64,000 bases of DNA. Source: Mobula hypostoma (Eukaryota). Under the pieces are notes generated by a model. It was not told the DNA's origin, did not search any database, and saw only the letters and a list, made by a program, of their open reading frames with translations. Each line of letters begins with the position of its first letter. Positions within the stretch are counted from its first letter, which is position 1. Both the position numbers and the translations under genes were made by a program. The stretch spans positions 1-64,000 of the forward strand of contig NW_026948143.1 in the NCBI RefSeq assembly GCF_963921235.1. The letters are read 5' to 3'. This document shows positions 24,750-38,600 of this stretch, piece by piece.

Positions 24750-27700
24750 AACACAAGACAGTCTGCAGCAACTCAGTGAGAAACCGAGGGCAGTGCGCAG
24801 GAACTCAGTGAAAACACAGGTTAGTCTGCAGGATCTCAGTGAAAACACCGAACAGTCTGCTGGAACTCAGTGAAAACAGACGACAGTCTGTAGGAACTCA
24901 GTGAAAACACACGACAGTCTGCAGGAAGTCAGAGAAAACACGGGACAGTCTGCTGGAACTCAGTGAAAACACGTGACATTCTGCAGGAACTCAGTGAAAA
25001 CACAGTACAGACTGCTGCAACTCAGTGAAAACACAGGTTAGTCTGCTGGAACTCAGTAAAAACACAGAACAGTCTGCAGTAACTGAGTGAAAACACAGGA
25101 CACTCTGCAGGAACTCAGTGAAAACACAGGATAGTCTGCTGGAACTCAGTGAAAACACAGTACGGTCTGCAGGAAGTCTGAGAAAACACCGGACAGACTG
25201 CAGGAACTCAGTGAAAACACGGGACAGTCTGCAGGAACTCAGTGAAAACACAGGATAGTCTGCTGGAACTCAGTAAAAACACAGAACAGTCTGCAGTAAC
25301 TGAGTGAAAACACAGGACACTCTGCAGGAACTCAGTGAAAACACAGGTTAGTCTGCTGGAACTCAGTGAAAACACAGTACGGTCTGCAGGAAGTCTGAGA
25401 AAACACCGGACAGACTGCAGCAACTCAGTGAAAACACGGGACAGTCTGCAGGAACTCAGTGAAAACAGAGGACAGTCTGCGGGAACTCAGTGAAAACACA
25501 CAACAGTCTGCAGGAACTCAGTGAAAACACACGACAGTCTGCAGGAAGTCAGAGAAAACACGGGACAGTCGGCAGAAACTCAGTGAAAACACACGACATT
25601 CTGCAGGAACTCAGTGAAAACACAGGACTGTCTGTAGGAACTCAGTGAAAACACAAGATAGTCTGCAGGAACTCAGTGAAAACACGTGACATTCTGCAGG
25701 AACTCAGTGAAAACACGGGACAGTCTGAAGGAACTCAGTGTAAACACAGGACAGTCTGCAGGAACTGAGTGAAAACACACGACAGTCTGCAGGCACTCAG
25801 AGAAAACACTGGACAGTCTGCAGGAACTCCGTGAAAACAGAGGACAGTCTGCAGGAACTCAGTGAGAACACACAACAGTCTGTAGGAACTCTGTGAAAAC
25901 ACAAGACAGTCTGCAGCAACTCAGTGAGAAACCGAGGACAGTGCGCAGGAACTCAGTGAAAACACAGGTTAGTCTGCTGGAACTCAGTGAAAACACAGAA
26001 CGGTCTGCAGTAACTGAGTGAAAACATACGGCAGTCTGCAGGAAGTCTGAGAAAACACGGGACAGACTGCAGGAACTCAGTGAAAACACAGTACAGTCTG
26101 CAGGAAGTCTGAGAAAACACGGGATAGACTGCAGGAACTCAGTGAAAACACGGGACAGTCTCCAGGAACTCAGTGAAAACAGAGGACAGTCTGCGGGAAG
26201 TCAGTGAAAACACGGGACAGTCTGCAGTAACTCAGTGAAAACACACGACAGTCTGCAGGAAGTCAGAGAAAACACGGGACAGTCCGCAGAAACTCAGTGA
26301 AAACACACGACAGTCTGCAGGAACTCAGTGAAAACACAGGACTGTCTGTAGGAACTCAGTGAAAACATGGGACAGGCTGCAAGAACTCAGTGAAAAGACG
26401 AGACAGTCTGCAGGAACTCAGTGAAAACACGTGACAGTCTGCAAGTACTCAGTGAAAACACGGGACAGTCTGAAGGAACTCAATGTAAACACAGGACAGT
26501 CTGCAGGAACTGAGTGAAAACACACGACAGTCTGCAGGAACTCAGAGAAAACACTGGACAGTCTGCAGCAAGTCTGAGAAAACACGGGACAGTCTGCAGG
26601 AACTCAGTGAAAACACGGAACAGTCTGCAGGAACTGAGTGAAAACACACGACAGTCTGCAGGAAGTCAGAGAAAACACGGGACGGTCTGCCGGAACTCAG
26701 TGAAAAAACAGAATGTCTGCAGGAAATCAGAGAAAACACGTGACGGTCGTCAGAAACTCAGTGAAGACACGGGACAGTCTGCAGGAACTCAGTGAAAACA
26801 CAGGACAGTCTGCTGGATCTCAGTGAAAACACACAACAGTCTGCAGGAACTCAGTGAAAACACGGGACAGTCTGCAGGAACACTGAAAACACGGGACAGT
26901 CTGCAGGAACTCAGTCAAAACACGGGACAGTCTGCAGGAACTCAGTGTAAACACAGGACAGTCTGCAGGAACTCCGTGAAAACACAGGACAGTCTGCAGG
27001 AAGTCAGATTAAACACGGGACAGTCTGCAGGATGTCAGTGAAAACACCGAACAGTCTGCTGGAACTCAGTGAAAACACACGACAGTCTGCAGGAAGTCAG
27101 AGAAAACACGGGACAGTCCGCAGAAACTCAGTGAAAACACACGACAGTCTGCAGGAACTCAGTGTAAACACGAGATAGGGTGCAGGAACTCAGTGAAAAT
27201 ACGGGACAGTCTGCAGGACCTCAGTGTAAACACAGGACAGTCTGCAGGAACTCAGTGTAAACACGAGATAGGGTGCAGGAACTCAGTGAAAATACGGGAC
27301 AGTCTGCAGGACCTCAGTGAAAACACAGGACAGTCTGCAGGACCTCACTGAAAACATGGGACAGTCTGCAGGAACTCCGTGAAAACACAGGACAGTCTGC
27401 AGGAAGTCAGATTAAACACGGGACAGTCTGCAGGATGTCAGTGAAAACACCGAACAGTCTGCTGGAACTCAGTGAAAACACACGACAGTCTGCAGGAAGT
27501 CAGAGAAAACACGGGACAGTCCGCAGAAACTCAGTGAAAACACACGACAGTCTGCAGGAACTCAGTAAAAACACCGAACAGTCTGCAGGAACTGAGTGAA
27601 AACACACGACAGTCTGCAGGAACTCAGCGAAAACACTGGACAGTCTGCAGGAACTCAGTAAAAACAGAGGACAGTCTGCAGGAACTCAGTGAGAACACAC

Positions 27701-30700
27701 AACAGTCTGTAGGAACTCAGTGATAACACAAGACAGTCTGCAGCAACTCAGTGAGAAACCGAGGGCAGTGCGCAGGAACTCAGTGAAAACACAGGTTAGT
27801 CTGCAGGATCTCAGTGAAAACACCGAACAGTCTGCTGGAACTCAGTGAAAACAGACGACAGTCTGTAGGAACTCAGTGAAAACACACGACAGTCTGCAGG
27901 AAGTCAGAGAAAACACGGGACAGTCTGCTGGAACTCAGTGAAAACACAGTACAGACTGCAGGAAGTTGAGAAAACACAGGACAGACTGCTGGAACTCAGT
28001 GAAAACAGAGGTTAGTCTGCTGGAACTCAGTAAAAACACAGAACAGTCTGCAGTAACTGAGTGAAAACACAGGACACTCTGCAGGAACTCAGTGAAAACA
28101 CAGGTTAGTCTGCTGGAACTGAGTGAAAACACAGTACGGTCTGCAGGAAGTCTGAGAAAACACCGGACAGACTGCAGGAACTCAGTGAAAACACGGGACA
28201 GTCTGCAGGAACTCAGTGAAAACAGAGGACAGTCTGCGGGAACTCAGTGAAAACACACAACAGTCTGCAGGAACTAAGTGAAAACACACGACAGTCTGCA
28301 GGAAGTCAGAGAAAACACGGGACAGTCGGCAGAAACTCAGTGAAAACACACGACATTCTGCAGGAACTCAGTGAAAACACAGGACTGTCTGTAGGAACTC
28401 AGTTAAAACACAAGATAGTCTGCAGGAACTCAGTGAAAACACGTGACATTCTGCAGGAACTCAGTGAAAACACGGGACAGTCTGAAGGAACTCAGTGTAA
28501 ACACAGGACAGTCTGCAGGAACTGAGTGAAAACACACGACAGTCTGCAGGCACTCAGAGAAAACACTGGACAGTCTGCAGGAACTCCGTGAAAACAGAGG
28601 ACAGTCTGCAGGAACTCAGTGAGAACACACAACAGTCTGTAGGAACTCTGTGAAAACACAAGACAGTCTGCAGCAACTCAGTGAGAAACCGAGGACAGTG
28701 CGCAGGAACTCAGTGAAAACACAGGTTAGTCTGCTGGAACTCAGTGAAAACACAGAACGGTCTGCAGTAACTGAGTGAAAACATACGGCAGTCTGCAGGA
28801 AGTCTGAGAAAACACGGGACAGACTGCAGGAACTCAGTGAAAACACAGTACAGTCTGCAGGAAGTCTGAGAAAACACGGGATAGACTGCAGGAACTCAGT
28901 GAAAACACGGGACAGTCTCCAGGAACTCAGTGAAAACAGAGGACAGTCTGCGGGAAGTCAGTGAAAACACACCACAGTCTGCAGAAACTCAGTGAAAACA
29001 CACGACAGTCTGCAGGAAGTCAGAGAAAACACGGGACAGTCCGCAGAAACTCAGTGAAAACACACGACAGTCTGCAGGAACTCAGTGAAAACACAGGACT
29101 GTCTGTAGGAACTCAGTGAAAACATGGGACAGGCTGCAAGAACTCAGTGAAAAGACGAGACAGTCTGCAGGAACTCAGTGAAAACACGTGACAGTCTGCA
29201 AGTACTCAGTGAAAACACGGGACAGTCTGAAGGAACTCAATGTAAACACAGGACAGTCTGCAGGAACTGAGTGAAAACACACGACAGTCTGCAGGAACTC
29301 AGAGAAAACACTGGACAGTCTGCAGCAAGTCTGAGAAAACACGGGACAGTCTGCAGGAACTCAGTGAAAACACGGAACAGTCTGCAGGAACTGAGTGAAA
29401 ACACACGACAGTCTGCAGGAAGTCAGAGAAAACACGGGACGGTCTGCCGGAACTCAGTGAAAAAACAGAATGTCTGCAGGAAATCAGAGAAAACACGTGA
29501 CGGTCTTCAGAAACTCAGTGAAGACACGGGACAGTCTGCAGGAACTCAGTGAAAACACAGGACAGTCTGCTGGATCTCAGTGAAAACACACAACAGTCTG
29601 CAGGAACTCAGTGAAAACACGGGACAGTCTGCAGGAACACTGAAAACACGGGACAGTCTGCAGGAACTCAGTCAAAACACGGGACAGTCTGCAGGAACTC
29701 AGTGTAAACACAGGACAGTCTGCAGGAACTCAGTGTAAACACGAGATAGGGTGCAGGAACTCAGTGAAAATACGGGACAGTCTGCAGGACCTCAGTGAAA
29801 ACACAGGACAGTCTGCAGGACCTCACTGAAAACATGGGACAGTCTGCAGGAACTCCGTGAAAACACAGGACAGTCTGCAGGAAGTCAGATTAAACACGGG
29901 ACAGTCTGCAGGATCTCAGTGAAAACACCGAACAGTCTGCTGGAACTCAGTGAAAACACACGACAGTCTGCAGGAAGTCAGAGAAAACACGGGACAGTCC
30001 GCAGAAACTCAGTGAAAACACACGACAGTCTGCAGGAACTCAGTAAAAACACCGAACAGTCTGCAGGAACTGAGTGAAAACACACGACAGTCTGCAGGAA
30101 CTCAGCGAAAACACTGGACAGTCTGCAGGAACTCAGTAAAAACAGAGGACAGTCTGCAGGAACTCAGTGAGAACACACAACAGTCTGTAGGAACTCAGTG
30201 ATAACACAAGACAGTCTGCAGCAACTCAGTGAGAAACCGAGGGCAGTGCGCAGGAACTCAGTGAAAACACAGGTTAGTCTGCAGGATCTCAGTGAAAACA
30301 CCGAACAGTCTGCTGGAACTCAGTGAAAACAGACGACAGTCTGTAGGAACTCAGTGAAAACACACGACAGTCTGAAGGAAGTCAGAGAAAACACGGGACA
30401 GTCTGCTGGAACTCAGTGAAAACACAGTACAGACTGCAGGAAGTCTGAGAAAACACAGGACAGACTGCTGGAACTCAGTGAAAACAGAGGTTAGTCTGCT
30501 GGAACTCAGTAAAAACACAGAACAGTCTGCAGTAACTGAGTGAAAACACAGGACACTCTGCAGGAACTCAGTGAAAACACAGGTTAGTCTGCTGGAACTG
30601 AGTGAAAACACAGTACGGTCTGCAGGAAGTCTGAGAAAACACCGGACAGACTGCAGGAACTCAGTGAAAACACGGGACAGTCTGCAGGAACTCAGTGAAA

Positions 30701-31280
30701 ACAGAGGACAGTCTGCGGGAACTCAGTGAAAACACACAACAGTCTGCAGGAACTAAGTGAAAACACACGACAGTCTGCAGGAAGTCAGAGAAAACACGGG
30801 ACAGTCGGCAGAAACTCAGTGAAAACACACGACATTCTGCAGGAACTCAGTGAAAACACAGGACTGTCTGTAGGAACTCAGTGAAAACACAAGATAGTCT
30901 GCAGGAACTCAGTGAAAACACGTGACATTCTGCAGGAACTCAGTGAAAACACGGGACAGTCTGAAGGAACTCAGTGTAAACACAGGACAGTCTGCAGGAA
31001 CTGAGTGAAAACACACGACAGTCTGCAGGCACTCAGAGAAAACACTGGACAGTCTGCAGGAACTCAGTGAAAACAGAGGACAGTCTGCAGGAACTCAGTG
31101 AGAACACACAACAGTCTGTAGGAACTCTGTGAAAACACAAGACAGTCTGCAGCAACTCAGTGAGAAACCGAGGACAGTGCGCAGGAACTCAGTGAAAACA
31201 CAGGTTAGTATGCAGGATCTCAGTGAAAACACCGAACAGTCTGCTGGAACTCAGTGAAAACAGACGACAGTCTGTAGGAA
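24750..31280 (+). repeat. Satellite domain D: ~2,480-bp HOR (80 monomers); first copy lengthened by internal duplications, third copy partial
   Basis: Marker GAGGGCAGTGCGC at 24786, 27761 and 30239 (spacings 2,975 and 2,478). ORF pairs 25859/28616 and 26514/29271 are offset 2,757 (2,478+279). Confidence 0.85.
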
Positions 31281-32570
31281 CTCAGTGAAAACACAGTACA
31301 GTCTGCAGGAAGTCAGAGAAAACACTGGGCAGTCTGCAGGAACTCAGTGAAAACACAGTACAGACTGGAGGAAGTCTGAGAAAACACGGGACAGACTGCT
31401 GGAACTCAGTGAAAACACAGGTTAGTCTGCTGGAAATCAGTAAAAACACAGAACAGTCTGCAGTAACTGAGTGAAAACACAGGACAGTCTGCAGGAACTC
31501 AGTGAAAACACAGGTTAGTCTGCTGGAACTCAGTGAAAACACAGTACGGTCTGCAGGAAGTCTGAGAAAATACGGGACAGACTGCAGGAACTCAGTGAAA
31601 ACACGGGACAGTCTGCAGGAACTCAGTGAAAACAGAGTCTGTGGGTACTCAGTGAAAACACACGACAGTCTGCAGGAAGTCAGAGAAAACACGGGACAGT
31701 CCGCAGAAACTCAGTGAAAACACACGACAGTCTGCAGGAACTCAGTGAAAACACAGGACTGTCTGTAGGAACTCAGTGAAAAGACGAGACAGTCTGCAGG
31801 AACTCAGTGAAAACACGTGACATTCTGCAGGAACTCAGTGAAAACACGGGACAGTCTGCAGGAACTCAGTGAGAAACCGAGGACAGTGCGCAGGAACTCA
31901 GTGAAAACACAGGTTAGTATGCAGGATCTCAGTGAAAACACCGAACAGTCTGCTGGAACTCAGTGAAAACAGACGACAGTCTGTAGGAACTCAGTGAAAA
32001 CACAGTACAGTCTGCAGGAAGTCAGAGAAAACACTGGGCAGTCTGCAGGAACTCAGTGAAAACACAGTACAGACTGGAGGAAGTCTGAGAAAACACGGGA
32101 CAGACTGCTGGAACTCAGTGAAAACACAGGTTAGTCTGCTGGAAATCAGTAAAAACACAGAACAGTCTGCAGTAACTGAGTGAAAACACAGGACAGTCTG
32201 CAGGAACTCAGTGAAAACACAGGTTAGTCTGCTGGAACTCAGTGAAAACACAGTACGGTCTGCAGGAAGTCTGAGAAAATACGGGACAGACTGCAGGAAC
32301 TCAGTGAAAACACGGGACAGTCTGCAGGAACTCAGTGAAAACAGAGGACAGTCTGTGGGTACTCAGTGAAAACACACGACAGTCTGCAGGAAGTCAGAGA
32401 AAACACGGGACAGTCCGCAGAAACTCAGTGAAAACACACGACAGTCTGCAGGAACTCAGTGAAAACACAGGACTGTCTGTAGGAACTCAGTGAAAAGACG
32501 AGACAGTCTGCAGGAACTCAGTGAAAACACGTGACATTCTGCAGGAACTCAGTGAAAACACAGGACAGTC
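31155..32570 (+). repeat. 709-bp (23-mer) tandem duplication at the domain D/E transition
   Basis: ORFs at 31282 and 31991 are offset 709. Private markers GGTTAGTATGC and TGTGGGTACTC are in both copies, and the first copy has a 5-bp deletion near 31637. Confidence 0.8.
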
Positions 32571-32639
32571 TGCAGGAACTCAGTGTAAACACAGGACAGT
32601 CTGCAGGAACTGAGTGAAAACACACGACAGTCTGCAGGA

Positions 32640-35600
32640 ACTCAGTGAGAACACACAACAGTCTGTAGGAACTCTGTGAAAACACAAGACAGTCTGCAGC
32701 AACTCAGTGAGAAACCGAGGACAGTGTGCAGGAACTCAGTGAAAACACAGGTTAGTCTGCTGGAACTCAGTGAAAACACAGAACAGTCTGCAGTAACTGA
32801 GTGAAAACATACGGCAGTCTGCAGGAAGTCTGAGAAAACACGGGACAGACTGCAGGAACTCAGTGAAAACACAGTACAGTCTGCAAGAAGTCTGAGAAAA
32901 CACGGGACAGACTGCAGGAACTCAGTGAAAACACGGGACAGTCTGCAGGAACTCAGTGAAAACAGAGGACAGTCTGCGGGAACTCAGTGAAAACACACAA
33001 CAGTCAGTAGGAACTCAGTGAAAACACACGACAGTCTGCAGGAAGTCAGAGAAAACACGGGACAGTCCGCAGAAACTCAGTGAAAACACGTGACAGTCTG
33101 CAGGAACTCAGTGAAAACACGGGACAGTCTGAAGGAACTCAATGTAAACACAGGACTGTGTTTAGGAACTCAGTGAAAACATGGGACAGGCTGCAAGAAC
33201 TCAGTGAAAACACGAGACAGTCTGCAGGAACTCAGTGAAAACACGTGACATTCTGCAGGAACTCAGTGAAAACATGGGACAGTCTGCAGGAACTCAGTGT
33301 AAACACAGGACAGTCTGCAGGAACTGAGTGAAAACACACGACAGTCTGCAGGAACTCACTGAAAACACTGGACAGTCTGCAGGAACTCAGTGAAAACAGA
33401 GGACAGTCTGCAGGAACTCAGTGAGAACACACAACAGTCTGTAGGAACTCTGTGAAAAAACAAGACAGTCTGCAGCAACTCAGTGAGAAAACGAGGACAG
33501 TGTGCAGGAACTCAGTGAAAACACAGGTTAGTCTGCTGGAACTCAGTGAAAACACAGAACAGTCTGCAGTAACTGAGTGAAAACATACGGCAGTCTGCAG
33601 GAAGTCTGAGAAAACACGGGACAGACTGCAGGAACTCAGTGAAAACACAGTACAGTCTGCAGGAAGTCTGTGAAAACACGGGACAGACTGCAGGAACTCA
33701 GTGAAAACACGGGACAGTCTGCAGGAACTCAGTGAAAACAGAGGGCAGTCTGCGGGAACTCAGTGAAAACACACAACAGTCAGTAGGAACTCAGTGAAAA
33801 CACACGACAGTCTGCATTAACTCAGTGAAAACACGGGACAGTCTGAAGGAACTCAATGTAAACACAGGACTGTGTTTAGGAACTCAGTGAAAACATGGGA
33901 CAGGCTGCAAGAACTCAGTGAAAACACGAGACAGTCTGCAGGAACTAAGTGAAAACACGTGACAGTCTGCAGGAACTCAGTGAAAACACAGGACTGTCTG
34001 TAGGAACTCAGTGAAAAGACGAGACAGTCTGCAGGAACTCAGTGAAAACACGTGACATTCTGCAGGAACTCAGTGAAAACACGGGACAGTCTGCAGGAAC
34101 TCAGTGTAAACACAGGACAGTCTGCAGGAACTGAGTGAAAACACACGACAGTCTGCAGGAACTCAGTGAGAACACACAACAGTCTGTAGGAACTCTGTGA
34201 AAACACAAGACAGTCTGCAGCAACTCAGTGAGAAACCGAGGACAGTGTGCAGGAACTCAGTGAAAACACAGGTTAGTCTGCTGGAACTCAGTGAAAACAC
34301 AGAACAGTCTGCAGTAACTGAGTGAAAACATACGGCAGTCTGCAGGAAGTCTGAGAAAACACGGGACAGACTGCAGGAACTCAGTGAAAACACAGTACAG
34401 TCTGCAAGAAGTCTGAGAAAACACGGGACAGACTGCAGGAACTCAGTGAAAACACGGGACAGTCTGCAGGAACTCAGTGAAAACAGAGGACAGTCTGCGG
34501 GAACTCAGTGAAAACACACAACAGTCAGTAGGAACTCAGTGAAAACACACGACAGTCTGCAGGAAGTCAGAGAAAACACGGGACAGTCCGCAGAAACTCA
34601 GTGAAAACACGTGACAGTCTGCAGGAACTCAGTGAAAACACGGGACAGTCTGAAGGAACTCAATGTAAACACAGGACTGTGTTTAGGAACTCAGTGAAAA
34701 CATGGGACAGGCTGCAAGAACTCAGTGAAAACACGAGACAGTCTGCAGGAACTCAGTGAAAACACGTGACATTCTGCAGGAACTCAGTGAAAACATGGGA
34801 CAGTCTGCAGGAACTCAGTGTAAACACAGGACAGTCTGCAGGAACTGAGTGAAAACACACGACAGTCTGCAGGAACTCACTGAAAACACTGGACAGTCTG
34901 CAGGAACTCAGTGAAAACAGAGGACAGTCTGCAGGAACTCAGTGAGAACACACAACAGTCTGTAGGAACTCTGTGAAAAAACAAGACAGTCTGCAGCAAC
35001 TCAGTGAGAAAACGAGGACAGTGTGCAGGAACTCAGTGAAAACACAGGTTAGTCTGCTGGAACTCAGTGAAAACACAGAACAGTCTGCAGTAACTGAGTG
35101 AAAACATACGGCAGTCTGCAGGAAGTCTGAGAAAACACGGGACAGACTGCAGGAACTCAGTGAAAACACAGTACAGTCTGCAGGAAGTCTGTGAAAACAC
35201 GGGACAGACTGCAGGAACTCAGTGAAAACACGGGACAGTCTGCAGGAACTCAGTGAAAACAGAGGGCAGTCTGCGGGAACTCAGTGAAAACACACAACAG
35301 TCAGTAGGAACTCAGTGAAAACACACGACAGTCTGCATTAACTCAGTGAAAACACGGGACAGTCTGAAGGAACTCAATGTAAACACAGGACTGTGTTTAG
35401 GAACTCAGTGAAAACATGGGACAGGCTGCAAGAACTCAGTGAAAACACGAGACAGTCTGCAGGAACTCAGTGAAAATACGTGACATTCTGCAGGAACTCA
35501 GTGAAAACATGGGACAGTCTGCAGGAACTCAGTGAGAACACACAACAGTCTGTAGGAACTCTGTGAAAACACAAGACAGTCTGCAGCAACTCAGTAAGAA

Positions 35601-38600
35601 ACCGAGGACAGTGCGCAGGAACTCAGTGAAAACACAGGTTAGTCTGCAGGATCTCAGTGAAAACACCGAACAGTCTGCTGGAACTCAGTGAAAACAGACG
35701 ACAGTCTGTAGGAACTCAGTGAAAACACAGTACAGTCTGCAGGAAGTCAGAGAAAACACTGGGCAGTCTGCAGGAACTCAGTGAAAACACAGTACAGACT
35801 GGAGGAAGTCTGAGAAAACACGGGACAGACTGCTGGAACTCAGTGAAAACACAGGTTAGTCTGCTGGAAATCAGTAAAAACACAGAACAGTCTGCAGTAA
35901 CTGAGTGAAAACACAGGACAGTCTGTAGGAACTCAGTGAAAACACAGGTTAGTCTGCTGGAACTCAGTGAAAACACAGTACGGTCTGCAGGAAGTCTGAG
36001 AAAATACGGGACAGACTGCAGGAACTCAGTGAAAACACGGGACAGTCTGCAGGAACTCAGTGAAAACAGAGGACAGTCTGCGGGTACTCAGTGAAAACAC
36101 ACGACAGTCTGCAGGAAGTCAGAGAAAACACGGGACAGTCCGCAGAAACTCAGTGAAAAGACGAGACAGTCTACAGGAACTCAGTGAAAACACGTGACAT
36201 TCTGCAGGAACTCAGTGAAAACACGGGACAGTCTGCAGGAACTCAGTGTAAACACAGGACAGTCTGCAGGAACTGAGTGAAAACACACGACAGTCTGCAG
36301 GAACTCAGTGAGAACACACAACAGTCTGTAGGAACTCTGTGAAAACACAAGACAGTCTGCAGCAACTCAGTGAGAAACCGAGGACAGTGTGCAGGAACTC
36401 AGTGAAAACACAGGTTAGTCTGCTGGAACTCAGTGAAAACACAGAACAGTCTGCAGTAACTGAGTGAAAACATACGGCAGTCTGCAGGAAGTCTGAGAAA
36501 ACACGGGACAGACTGCAGGAACTCAGTGAAAACACAGTACAGTCTGCAGGAAGTCTGAGAAAACACGGGACAGACTGCAGGAACTCAGTGAAAACACGGG
36601 ACAGTCTGCAGGAACTCAGTGAAAACAGAGGACAGTCTGCGGGAACTCAGTGAAAACACACAACAGTCAGTAGGAACTCAGTGAAAACACACGACAGTCT
36701 GCAGGAAGTCAGAGAAAACACGGGACAGTCCGCAGAAACTCAGTGAAAACACGTGACAGTCTGCAGGAACTCAGTGAAAACACGGGACAGTCTGAAGGAA
36801 CTCAATGTAAACACAGGACTGTGTTTAGGAACTCAGTGAAAACATGGGACAGGCTGCAAGAACTCAGTGAAAACACGAGACAGTCTGCAGGAACTCAGTG
36901 AAAACACGTGACATTCTGCAGGAACTCAGTGAAAACATGGGACAGTCTGCAGGAACTCAGTGTAAACACAGGACAGTCTGCAGGAACTGAGTGAAAACAC
37001 ACGACAGTCTGCAGGAACTCAGAGAAAACACTGGACAGTCTGCAGGAACTCAGTGAAAACAGAGGACAGTCTGCAGGAACTCAGTGAGAACACACAACAG
37101 TCTGTAGGAACTCTGTGTAAAAACAAGACAGTCTGCAGCAACTCAGTGAGAAAACGAGGACAGTGTGCAGGAACTCAGTGAAAACACAGGTTAGTCTGCT
37201 GGAACTCAGTGAAAACACAGAACAGTCTGCAGTAACTGAGTGAAAACATACGGCAGTCTGCAGGAAGTCTGAGAAAACACGGGACAGACTGCAGGAACTC
37301 AGTGAAAACACAGTACAGTCTGCAGGAAGTCTGTGAAAACACGGGACAGACTGCAGGAACTCAGTGAAAACACGGGACAGTCTGCAGGAACTCAGTGAAA
37401 ACAGAGGACAGTCTGCGGGAACTCAGTGAAAACACACAACAGTCAGTAGGAACTCAGTGAAAACACACGACAGTCTGCAGGAAGTCAGAGAAAACACGGG
37501 ACAGTCCGCAGAAACTCAGTGAAAACACGTGACAGTCTGCATTAACTCAGTGAAAACACGGGACAGTCTGAAGGAACTCAATGTAAACACAGGACTGTGT
37601 TTGGGAACTCAGTGAAAACATGGGACAGGCTGCAAGAACTCAGTGAAAACACGAGACAGTCTGCAGGAACTCAGTGAAAACACGTGACATTCTGCAGGAA
37701 CTCAGTGAAAACATGGGACAGTCTGCAGGAACTCAGTGTAAACACAGGACAGTCTGCAGGAACTGAGTGAAAACACACGACAGTCTGCAGGAACTCAGAG
37801 AAAACACTGGACAGTCTGCAGGAACTCAGTGAAAACAGAGGACAGTCTGCAGGAACTCAGTGAGAACACACAACAGTCTGTAGGAACTCTGTGAAAAAAC
37901 AAGACAGTCTGCAGCAACTCAGTGAGAAAACGAGGACAGTGTGCAGGAACTCAGTGAAAACACAGGTTAGTCTGCTGGAACTCAGTGAAAACACAGAACA
38001 GTCTGCAGTAACTGAGTGAAAACATACGGCAGTCTGCAGGAAGTCTGAGAAAACACGGGACAGACTGCAGGAACTCAGTGAAAACACAGTACAGTCTGCA
38101 GGAAGTCTGTGAAAACACGGGACAGACTGCAGGAACTCAGTGAAAACACGGGACAGTCTGCAGGAACTCAGTGAAAACAGAGGACAGTCTGCGGGAACTC
38201 AGTGAAAACACACAACAGTCAGTAGGAACTCAGTGAAAACACACGACAGTCTGCAGGAAGTCAGAGAAAACACGGGACAGTCCGCAGAAACTCAGTGAAA
38301 ACACGTGACAGTCTGCAGGAACTCAGTGAAAACACGGGACAGTCTGAAGGAACTCAATGTAAACACAGGACTGTGTTTAGGAACTCAGTGAAAACATGGG
38401 ACAGGCTGCAAGAACTCAGTGAAAACACGAGACAGTCTGCAGGAACTCAGTGAAAACACGTGACATTCTGCAGGAACTCAGAGAAAACACTGGACAGTCT
38501 TCAGGAACTCAGTGAGAACACACAACAGTCTGCTGGAACTCAGTGAAAACACACGACAGTCTGCAGCAACTCAGTGAGAAACCGAGGACAGTGCGCAGGA

